Origin: Chrysomallon squamiferum | Taxonomy: Eukaryota; Animalia; Mollusca | Assembly (NCBI GenBank): GCA_012295275.1 | Contig: CM022672.1 | Span: forward strand, 11,718,001-11,782,000 | Reading direction: 5' to 3' | DNA length: 64,000 nucleotides | In this document: piece by piece, positions 50,761 to 61,952 of the stretch | Layout: each line of letters opens with the position of its first letter | Position numbering within the stretch: position 1 is the first letter of the stretch | Translations under genes and position numbers: made by a program | The notes under the pieces: generated by a model | The model's database searches: none | What the model saw: only the letters and a program-made list of their open reading frames with translations | Told to the model about the DNA's origin: nothing

Positions 50761-51217
50761 AAAGAAACTATAAGAATGAAAGAATGAAAGTGTCATGCAT
50801 GAGTAAAAAAAATGAAACTTGCAAACACAATAACTGCCTGTCCTCTTCAATAAAAAGCAAACTAATACTTTAATAACAGATCACAAATTCAGTGATAGAT
50901 ACAACCAGTGACACAGAGACTTTGAAAATGTTTCAGGGTCAGGTAGCTTGTAGGCAAATGGTATCCAAGCAAGGTTTTTAAAAATGGTTTCTAAAAGACA
51001 CCAATAACTAACTAAAAAAGTAATAAACAAATAATGATATAAATCAGTTGTTTACAGATGTATATTAAAAAATAATAATAATACAAGTAGATAAACAAAA
51101 TTGTACAAATGAACATGTTTGTCTGTGTATGTGTGTATGCATATATGCATGTATGTATAAGCATGTTCATATTTATTCATGCATATGTTTGTGTATGTAT
51201 AATAATTATTTGTGTAT

Positions 51218-51530
51218 GTATATACCTAATGTGTATGTGTGAGTGAGTTAATGTATGTATGTGTATGTGTGTATATGACTGATATATATTGTTTGAGGTA
51301 AAATAACAGTTCAAGTTACTTACGTATATACCTAATGTATGTCTGTGTGTGTGTGTGCATGTGTGTGTGTGTGTGTGTGTGCATGTGTGTGTGTGTGTGT
51401 ATGTTTGTCTGTGACCGATATGTTTTATTTGTGGTGAAATAACAGTTTAAGTTACTTATGTATAATACCTAATGTGTATGTGTGTTTGTGTGTATGACTG
51501 ATATGTTTCATTTGTGGTGAAAGAACAGTA
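51218..51530. repeat. Three-unit tandem repeat with embedded (GT)n
   Basis: tacctaatgt...gactgatat...gtgaaataacagtt.aagttactta occurs three times. Confidence 0.88.
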
Positions 51531-51909
51531 CAATCCTACAAACTTAAAGACAGCTTACAGTAAGTTTTACTGTTTTGTTTTGATGTAACCAAGGCACCAT
51601 TAAAGAATCTCTCTCACAACAAGAACTACTAGTTTCATCACATCCACATCAAAAACCTGCTCTATAAATAATCCTCCTCCATGTAACAACAACCTTGGAC
51701 ATTCTACCTTCATTCAGTTTTATTCAACAAAGATAATGAAAAATTTACTTTATTTATTAATGGTCAATGTCCTGCTTAACAAAAGCTCTTTATTTAATGG
51801 CTTGATGTGCTCTAAACGGCTTATCTGATGACTTGTACAACCATCCATCTATCTGCAGTGATATCCTTTCTACACATGTCATCTACAGATTTACTGCCCA
51901 TCAGTATCA

Positions 51910-52225
51910 CACAGTGGACAATACAGGAGAAATACAATGTAAAGACAATGAGTCTATGGCACGACAATATAACCAAGGCAAGACGGTGTAGCGAAGGCAA
52001 GATAATGTATCCATGGCTTGACAATAAAGCCATGGCAAGGCATTACAGCTGCAGCCAAGCATTGTGACCATTTCCAAAACCACTGAAAGGGCTGAGGTAG
52101 ACAATATAACTGCAGCAAGGCTGTATAATGACTGTGAGACAGTATAACCAGAGCCCAGACAATACCAGCACAGCAAGACAATATAACCACAGTAAATGTG
52201 CTGAATGGTCACAGCAAGATGACAT
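51910..52225. repeat. Degenerate tandem repeat (gacaatataacca.gcaag)
   Basis: Recurrent gacaata core; explains several overlapping ORFs. Confidence 0.65.
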
Positions 52226-52477
52226 GATGGCCACAGCACTTTCTTTTCATGGACAAAGCAACAGCTCTCAACAGTGGCTCCACCTATTGAGGTAATTTGA
52301 GATGCACGTTTTTCCAAGCTTCCATAAATCTGTCATGTTGGCAATGTATTAAAAATGAGTGGGTACATCTGTCCCACTGGAAGTTTTAATGCAAAATGTA
52401 CTTGGATCTTCAGTAACAAAGAAAAGAAATTTTGAAAAAGGTAAAAAGAAATGAGAAGTTATGAATGTATTTACCTT

Positions 52478-52635
52478 CTGTGTAATGGAGGTATACATGA
52501 ATGAACATAAGCATGCAAATATGCTTCTGATGTAATGAAAGTGTATGTGAATGTAATTCTGTTGTAACAAAAGTGTATGTGAATGTGCTTCTGTTGTAAT
52601 GAAAGTATATGTGAATGTCCTAATATTTTATTGTA
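52478..52635. repeat. 32-bp tandem repeat (ttctgttgtaatgaaagtgtatgtgaatgtgc)
   Basis: 3 clear units and 1-2 decayed units. Confidence 0.88.
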
Positions 52636-54249
52636 ATAGAATATGACATGATATTACAACCATCTGTCAATAAATGGCAAGTTATATATATCATGAAAAC
52701 AAATGTTGTGGATTAAATTGAAAATGATTCATAGTTCACTGAAGAAAAAGAATAAAAATTGTGATATTTAATAACAAAATTTTAATACAGAAAGTTGATA
52801 CATACAAATACATACAGAAATGTATTTATTCACTTTCTACATTTCTATTTCCCTTGTGAACATTTTTTATTTATAAATTATTTTTGCCTTTGAAAATACA
52901 CATAAAGACCTGATTTCAAATAAAAGCATAATATTACAATTTATTTCAGTTTTATGTTGCTTATCTTTTTTTCTTTTTTTCGCCCATTTAAAACTGAAAA
53001 ACAAACAGTTTAAAAAACCATCCTATCTAAACACTGAAAGATCTTTTTCTATGCAGGCAGACACAATTATCGTGTTCATTATAAAAAAGTTGAGATACCC
53101 TCAGTGACAGTTTCATGACTATGCTTTACTGTATTGATGATTTTGTGGAGTTTTTTCCCCCCTCCTAAGTCATGTATTTAGGAAATAAAACATGATTTCT
53201 ATGGGTTTCAACTCCATAACATTTTCCCTTATCTGGTACGACATTTGATTTTACGTCTTTGACAGAAAACATTTTCTAACACTGTCAGCTAAAGGTTTAT
53301 TCTTTTTTTTTCCTTTTCCCATTTATTTCTTTATAGGCTTGTTTTGTGTCAAACATAAACTTGATATAGAGCTTCAGCTAAAAACAAAATAAATAAATAA
53401 AATATTTTGGGTGAATTACAGCCATTTAGTTATTTTGTAAGACATTCACAGAACTAAAGACAATACTGCAGACTAGAGCACAACAACAAAGAACTTTCCA
53501 GTCATAACGTAGCAGTTTTACAGCTCTGCAATAGTTTCCTAACAAACAGGCCCCCTCAATTAAAAGCTATTCTCTTACCAGCAGGCATAATAATCTACAA
53601 CAGAAACATATATAAAATCTAAAATGTCTATTACTGGACCACAAATGTCAAGTATGGGGATTTCGTACAAAACAAAACTGCTTACTGTCCAGACAACATC
53701 ATGGACTGACAACTTCTTCAGCCATAGCAACCAAGAACACAGTGGCTGAGCAGAAATATTAATTCTTGTTAACATTAAACTGAGCAATGGTCATCCATTT
53801 ACATCTATCTGAATTACTATTCTGTAAGTCAGATTACAAAATTAAACAAATAAATTAAAAACAATATAAATATATATATATTTTTTTTTTCTTCAAATTA
53901 AGACATTTTTCCTTTTCCTATTTCTGTGATTTAATTTTCCTTAAGATATCCAGGAAGCTAATTATATAGGATCCCCCACAGATATAAAACAAAAACAAGC
54001 TGCAATTTATTTATCTCATTCTCTTGTCTCTGTGTCATTTTAAAACACTCCCTAGGTTCTGTTTATTATGGAATGTGTTTGATAGACGTATCAAATAGCC
54101 AATTAATAAACAAGTACATCTGATATAAAAAGGCAGTTTGGTTTTCCTCTTTTTTTCTTTCATCAGCTAATTACCTAATACTTATGCTTTCATCCAGAAC
54201 CCCCCCCCCCAAAAAAAAAGTTTTTGCAAGCTTTTTGGGTGAATTTCTT

Positions 54250-55040
54250 TTCACCTTTATCAGCAATTTTATCAAAATATTTTTACTCTTTTCACACAGA
54301 ATCTCATGTGAAAAGATTTTTTTTAAACATAATTTTAGTTACCTTTATGACGGAGGTTATTTTTAAAAAGATTTTTTCTTTTAAGTTTAAAAAAAAAAAA
54401 AAAAAATTTAAACTCTAATATAAAAACGTTTGATTAATCTTGTAACACATCTTTAAACAAAAGTGATTTCTTTTTTCACTCTCACCAAAATTTGTTTTTA
54501 AATATTTAAAAAAAAACAATCAAACATTCAACATATCTTTAAACAGTAGTATTTTCTTTCACCACTCCTACAAAATGTTTTAAAATTTTTTTTAAGTATT
54601 AATGAAGAAATTTAAAGTCTAAAATACAAAGAAATTTTTGAAGCATGAATTTTACTAATCTTTGGTAATATCTTTAAACAGAGGTGCTTTTCATAACCGC
54701 ACCTACAAAATGTTTTTAAAGTCTTTAAAAACAAATCTAAGATCTACAACATAAAGTCATTTTTTTCATCCTAATTTTAACTAATCTTCTAATATATCGT
54801 TAAATAAAGAGGATTTTTGTTTACCCCACAAAAAATTAATTTTAAAAAAATTAATTTCATCAGTGTGAATTTGACTGATCTTCAAATATATCTTCAGTGT
54901 TATTTAGCTTTTACCCTTCAACACATTTTTTGTTTGTAAAATATTTTTAAAATCAAATCTGATGTCTAAAATAAAGAAAGATTTTCAGAATTAATTTTAG
55001 TAATCTTCTAACATATCTTTTTAAGCCCACCAACAAATTT
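54250..55040. repeat. Degenerate ~100-130-bp tandem repeat (ttt.actaatctt...atatctttaaaca.ag...acc..c..acaaaatgtttt)
   Basis: About 6 units with conserved blocks. Confidence 0.7.
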
Positions 55041-56792
55041 AAAAAAAAAAAATCTTCTAAAAAATCTTCTAAAAAACTCTAAACGTCACTGATGTCTCAA
55101 TCTTGAAAATCACCAAAAAGACCAAGAAACATCAGAACATTCCTGTCATGATTTCCATTTATCTAGATTCCATCTAGTAAACACATGAAACTCGAGAAGA
55201 CCCAACTATTTTCTTTCAAAGGAAGACCTGACAAAAAAATCTTGCACAATAAAATGCTACCATCTGATAGTTGAGAATCCAACAAACATCCTTAAAAACA
55301 CAACACAGGGCTTCTACCATCTTTCAACAACTGACCTGGGAGTCAGGGAACAGGGGTGCCTTCAAAAACACATCACCAACCAGCTTTTCCAATATCCTCA
55401 AGAAATATGAAACTAAGACACCATACAAAAATAATCTTTGTTGTAATGTTATAGTAGTTAAAGTAGTTTGAATTTAAATTATGTACCACCATTAAGAAAA
55501 AACATTTACTCTGTTCTTCACTTAAAACTAGAATTGTTTTTTTATACTATATTCTACCATTACACAACCTGAAAAATAAAGAAATCTACTGTTCTGGGGA
55601 AAAATATAATACCAAATAAATTTTTATTTTTTTATTTTTTTTAAACCTAGGTTTTCATTCTTTAACAAATAAAATAAAAAATACTATGAATGGATTTAGC
55701 ACAAGAGTTTCTTGTAATGTTTGTCTGAGCTGGTTCATTAAGTAACCAGTGGTAAATGTATTAGCTTATTATCTTACAACACTGTCAAGTTACTGGCTCT
55801 CTTTACAAAATGTAATATCCCAATTCGACTTGTATAGCAAGACATTAATTCCCAGTCTTGTCTACAGAACTGAATAGCAAGACATTAATTCCCAATGCTG
55901 TTTGTACAGCAAAAGATTTAAAAAAAAGAAGAAATGAAATCAATTTTATTTCAGCAGTGTCAGATTTTTTGAAATAAAGAAAAAAAACTGTATTAAAGAA
56001 ATGTTATTGTTGTTGTTGTTGTTATTATTTTTTCTTTATTACCATAATCTATATTAGATTTGCAAAAGCAGATTTGTCATTAATGAAACCTTCTTTTTCA
56101 AACCATCATCATCATCATTACATTACATTATTATAGATATATCTTTATTTAAAATAAATAGGATACCTACTTTTATTACAAACTTAAATTTCAATAAAAC
56201 ATTTTTTATTGATGATAAATTACAATTATATGTGTTTGGGGCTGTTTACTTATGCTAAACCTGACTGTTTATTATCCATTGTCAATTCTGTCTTTATTTT
56301 CTGATTTGTTTTCATTCCTTCTTCACTATTTACTCTTTTCTATCAAATTTATTATTTTCTAAATGTTATTTTTTCATAGTTTTTTTTTTTTTTTTTGGTT
56401 TATTTTCATTTTTTAATTCTGTCATTATTAGTCATTAAGCAATAAAACCTAACATGGTCGCTAAACCTTTTCTTTCATTGCTGTGATAATTATCAATTTA
56501 ATTCCCTGTCATAACATTTCACGAACTGTTGCCATTCAGACTGCTTCATTTTGTTATGAAAATCTTCCTTTTGTCCGATAATATGTCAGTGGCTGTGACA
56601 ACAACCTGTCTTCAATCAATGAAAATTTAAAAAAACAAAACAAAAAAACACCAATACAAAAAATAATAAAAATTAAAAAATCTCGAAAACAAATCAAGTT
56701 CAGGAATCGAAACACAGGAACAATTCATCCAAACATGTAAAAACAGGAATTCCATCGGCAGAACTTAATTTGGTCTTAATGAATGAAAACAA

Positions 56793-56813
56793 GGTTGCCA
56801 CGGCAACCACGTG
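56793..56813. promoter_or_regulatory. Candidate RFX X-box palindrome adjoining a CACGTG E-box
   Basis: GGTTGCCACGGCAACC (1 mismatch to GTTGCCATGGCAAC) followed by CACGTG; motif match only. Confidence 0.45.
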
Positions 56814-57629
56814 AAGATAAATACAAAGCGAAGGAACGGTAGGAAGTGTACAAGCACGATGACAAAGGAAGTATTTTAAGAGAAATAAAATTGATTGATT
56901 TCATACAAGGGATCAGGTGCTGACATTTGAACATGGCAGTTGTGCCTTTGTGCCAGTTGAAAAAAAAAAAAAAAAAAAAAAGAGGGAAAATACATCACAG
57001 AACAGCCCAAATATATCTCATAGCAAATGAAATGGATATAAGACATCATCGTCATTGATTTGTATTGGTAAATTCTGATCTGCAGTGCATGAAATTGTAT
57101 AAAGTTGCTGGCATTAATAAAATTTTATGGCCCAATCTATTACACTATGTTTTCATTAGAAGAATTTGAGAAAAATTAATTTTCTTTTCCTCAATAAAGT
57201 ATCAGGTTAACGAACGCAGTATTTCACAGAAAACAGCATGAATGGGCAAATACAAAGAAATGGCAAACAGATTTTGATGTTAGCAGAAAATCTAAAATAT
57301 ATCACTGGAAAATTTTTAAATTATCACTATTTATTTTTTATCTTAAATCTGTCAGAGGAATCCGCCATGCAATTTCCTGTATGTAAATTAAAATTTTAAA
57401 CAATTTTCTTATTTTTTTAACAAATTTAATTTTAGACCATCTTTATCAACAGATAAATATTCAGTCCAGGAAAAAAATTTGTTTTGTTTATATAATTGCC
57501 TAAATGTTATTTCAGTAATGTTAGTTATTGCAGAAATGCTATTATTGAAGTCTACACATTATAAGGGGGAAATCGTTAACTTTTTACAGGAGAGGTGATG
57601 CAGCCTGATATTTATAAGTTTATATATAA

Positions 57630-57835
57630 ATATATATATAGATAGATATAGAAATGGATAGATACATAGTTACATAGATATATAGATAGAAAGACAGATG
57701 GACAGATAAATTGATAGAGAGACAGACAGACAGACAGGTATACAGATAGACAGATAGACAATCAGACAGACAGACAGACAGACAAACAGAGAGATAGATA
57801 GACACAGACAGCTGGATGGATGGATGGATGGAAGA
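57630..57835. repeat. (GATA/GACA/GGAT)n compound microsatellite
   Basis: Direct reading. Confidence 0.9.
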
Positions 57836-58559
57836 ATAGATGCTTTTCATGCTCAACAATTATACAAATATATGTTTTTTTTATTACATTATTTTTTCCT
57901 GGTGGTTAGATTTCTGAAATAGTATTTTTAATGTAAAAAAGAATATTGGTCTTTATGAACAAAGAGTGAGAAATCCAGGTCTGCAGTCTTTACACCACCC
58001 CTGTAATCTGCACCTGGACTTCCAGTTTCTTCATTGTTCATTCTAAGAAAGGTAAGACACCAGTCTGATAAGAAAACCCTAAAAACTCACCACACATCAA
58101 AGAACAAACTCCAGCTAAGGTTACTGGAGATTTTTGATAAATTAGTTGTTCAACACACTTTTTGGACAAGTTGGTAAAAGAAACGGCATAAAAAAAACAC
58201 TTTCAAATGTATTTGAGAACCAGAAAAACTGCCAGTCACATTAATTTTTTAAATTTTTAAATGTTTTTTTTTTTTGCTTCACTATCTTTTTAGCAAGCTT
58301 TGCCCACAACAATGCATGTTAGAGCATGTCAAGTCTTAAGATGATTTATTTTGGCATCTTTACAAATTAAAGCAACAAAATGAAGCAACTGTGTTCTTTG
58401 TAACTAATGTTTTGAATGAAATGACAGATGTGGTTTCTGTCAGGCTTTGTGAGTGTGTTTTTGTGTGTGTGTTTATATATATATGTATGTATGTATGTAT
58501 GCATGTATGTATGTGTATTTGAAGCTATGTATCTAGCTATCTGTGCATGTTTATATGCT

Positions 58560-58690
58560 TGTGTGATACACCATCCAAGATGCAGTGGTTGGAATTTGAA
58601 ATTATCTTAATGTACACTATACAGGATCAATCCCACAATTCAATACACTCCAGATCAGCCATAAAATAACTGAGCTATGGCTTGCTCCTT
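58560..58690 (-). mobile_element. tRNA-derived SINE-like head with Pol III A and B boxes
   Basis: Minus strand: A-box-like TAGCTCAGTT (58677-58668), B-box-like GGATTGATCC (58633-58624), then ataatttcaaattccaaccactgc matching the body of the 33134 copy. Confidence 0.7.
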
Positions 58691-60558
58691 TCTAGTCAAA
58701 GTTTTAAAGATCTTTGAATTTATTGACAATTTTTTTATTTTTTATTTTTTTTTTTTATGTTTATTCTTTAGGTTTTATGTATTAATAGCCTTTCATTGAA
58801 AAATATCTGAAAAGTCTAAAGAAAGAACAGCTGCTTAAGAACAAAAAAAATTAAATCTTTTTATTTCTACACCTGACTCCAGTAAACCATCCAGGAAAAT
58901 GAAAAGAAGAAGGCTAAAAAAGAAAATAAAGAATGAAGTAAAAGAAAATCAGGCTTCTGCTGTATCATTCCGTATTACAATTTCCATTCTTAACTCGCTG
59001 ATAAATGTTCAGGCTTGTCATTAATCAAATCCTCTTTTACTATACAAATAATGAGAGATTTAAAAAAAACAAAAAAACAACAAAAAAAACAACAACAATA
59101 TTGGCTAAAACAGGGGTAAAAAATGTTTCTGCATTCATGTAAAAAAAATTGGATTAATAATTTCTCAGTGTTAGTATTTTTGCACTCAAGTTAAATGTAA
59201 ATTAAAAAACATTTCAAAGCAATGAAAAATGTTCATAGATACTGTTCTTCTTTATTTTTTAATGTAATACTGAATCTTTATTTTAAAAGGATTGGTTATA
59301 ATAAAGCTCTTAAATTTTGAGAATTTTTTTTTTTTGTAATAAAGTCTAAATAAAAATTTTAAAATTTAAGTAATATAATGTTATTCCTGATTTTTTTATA
59401 TATACATAATGCATTTTATATGAAAATTATTCAAAATGTTGAGTTCTTAATACTTGAAATGATGAATCATTATGTACTATAAGTCAAAACATAAATTAAG
59501 TAAGCAGTGCAGAATTCTAATGAACATTTTAATTTGATATTTACATTTCCAAAAAATATATGTGGGATCATTTTAAAACATCAAGATGAAAACTGATTTA
59601 AAGCAATGCACCACAGACAGGTTGATTATGAAAACAACAAAAAAAGGGTATAAATAATTGATTTTGAGATTTACTGTTTATGAAATATGTTGAATATGTC
59701 TGCCAAAGTTAATCAAAAGCCAACATCATGTTTTTTAATAAATGATAATTTGTAATAAAATCTCATCATTGGTGTATATATATATAAAAAAAATAAATGC
59801 ATCATTTATAAAGTAAAAAGAAATTGACATATGTATACATATAAAAAAAAATTGTCATTTGTAAAATGTAAAAAATAAGAAATAAAAATTACAAAATCAA
59901 TATTTATAACATAAAAACAAAACTGGAGTGCAGGTGTACCCATCTCTAACAAAGATCTTCAGAATCCATTTTTCAAAAATTACTTCAAATATTGTTTTTG
60001 TTTTATTCATTGAGAGACAGGTATCATCATCTTTGATTTACACAGCAAATACCACAACAAACATATCTCTATTATAAAGAACTGGATGCTGCAAGCAGCA
60101 GGATTTGGGAATACTTCCACATTCCTTCGTTTACACATCATGGCAAAAATACTGACCATTACTGCCAGCCATCAGCACAGTGTGACACCAATAATAAAAA
60201 GAGAAGAAATAAAAAGGAAAAAAAACACCAACAACACGTGGAACTAATAACCAAGGGAAATGATCAATAAGCTAAGACCTAGCCAGTGGATTCTTTGTCT
60301 TGTGCACAAACAAAACAAACGTCATTAGAGATTTACCATTCCACACATGATCAGTGGACCTCACTAAAGTCAGAAATGGGAAAAAGAACAAGGGGTTCCT
60401 GAATGTCCAGCGACTTCTGGACCTATTTAGAGCCCATGTTAATGCTGGACAGCAAAAACAAGATGCAAATCAAAGCCATCTGTGGTCTGTGGTCTTGAAA
60501 AACAAGCAAACTTTGCAACCATATGTCTTTTTATGTTGTTGGAAGGGATGCTATAAAG

Positions 60559-60559
<1 letters not shown>

Positions 60560-60602
<43 letters not shown>

Positions 60603-60680
60603 TTATGAATATGTATGTGTATATACACACAGATATACACATACATGCATAAATATTTGTGTGTGTGTGTGCGCGTGTGA
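60560..60680. repeat. (GT)n microsatellites
   Basis: Direct reading. Confidence 0.92.
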
Positions 60681-61683
60681 TGCAGACTTTATATATAGGT
60701 AAAGTACAAACATTAGTGAAGTTTTTTTGTTAACGTATTAAGAAGTTAATAATGAAAGCACACAAGAATGTGCATTTAAGTATAAATTATCCATGACAAA
60801 TTAGTGAAAATGGCAAATTTCATTATATTCAGTTTCCTCCACAGTTCCTGCAATTAGACCTTAGAAATACAAAACTCATATATGAGCATAGGCTTGTGGG
60901 CATGTGCATACAAGTGAATGCACATGATGTATGTTTTCGTTAATGTACACACTCTATTAACCTTGAACAACAGCAACTGACTATTCTGTACTGAAAATCT
61001 GCTATTTGCAGAGATGAATAAAATATGTGTTTTTAGCAATGGCAGGAAAACAATTATGCAAATGACGCATGCGTGCGATTATTATCAAACCATGAATTTG
61101 TCAGAAGTGCTTTCCAGACAGTGTGTGCGAAGATCAAAAGACAGGTAAGCTATTTTGTGCAGATTCCACGCAGGTAATGGTGCAGATATGTCAGAACTCG
61201 GATAATTTTAGCTTGTCGACTTTATGATAAACAAAGAGGCAATGATAAACAAGTAAATGTTGTGTAAAACAGAGGCAACAATCCACTGTAAATAAGCCAG
61301 GAAATTAAAAAATGCAAAAAAAATTTTTTTCCCCTTTTTTTGTTTATACAAAAGCATGCACATTGACAAATTTATGGTTATGTTGCTTTTTTTTCTTCTG
61401 CTTTTTTCCTCCCCTGATCTCTGGTTCTGACGTGAAAGCAAAAAACCAACATACACATACTGAAAGACAACTGTGTGCATTTTTTTTTATATTTCTTCTG
61501 GTTGTGTATATTCCATCTGTGTGAGTATTTTATGAAAGAATTCAATACGTAAAACATATTTTTGTACTCTGTCCTGATATGGCACAAGCATTGTTTTCTG
61601 TTCATTATTTGAAACACTGAAGATTGAAGCATTGTGAGTCTTTGGTACATAATTCAGAAACCTGTATAGTGTTGTTTGCAGCT

Positions 61684-61952
61684 GTGTTAGAATGGGATTG
61701 TGTTAACATGTTAGTGAGAAGGGATTGTGTTAAAGTGTTAGCGAGAAGGAATTGTGTTAGAGTGTTAGTGAAAATGGGATTGTGATAGCATGTTAGTGAG
61801 AAGGGATTGTGTTAGTGTTAGTGAGAAGGGATTGTGTTAGAGTGTTAGCAAGAAGGGATCGTGTTAGAGTATTAGTGAGAAGGGATTGTGTTAGTGTTAG
61901 TGAGAAGGGATTGTGTTAGTTTTAGCGAGAAGGGATTGTGTTAGAGTGTTAG
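61684..61952. repeat. 25/27-bp minisatellite (gggattgtgttagagtgttagtgagaa)
   Basis: About 10 head-to-tail, highly similar units. Confidence 0.96.

Noticed and set aside
58620-58690. tRNA gene
   Set aside because: A/B-box-like motifs are present but there is no cloverleaf or acceptor stem, and it runs into a repeat body; treated as a SINE head.
14940-61150. Several consensus plus-strand donors (AG|GTAAG near 14945, 15203, 25667, 33433, 58051, 61144) suggesting a nested antisense gene
   Set aside because: A few are expected by chance in 64 kb, and I could not link them to acceptors or a coherent frame.
61684-61952. Interstitial telomeric repeat or G-quadruplex
   Set aside because: It contains GGGATT and GTTAG but no TTAGGG/TTAGG arrays; GGG runs are over 20 nt apart.
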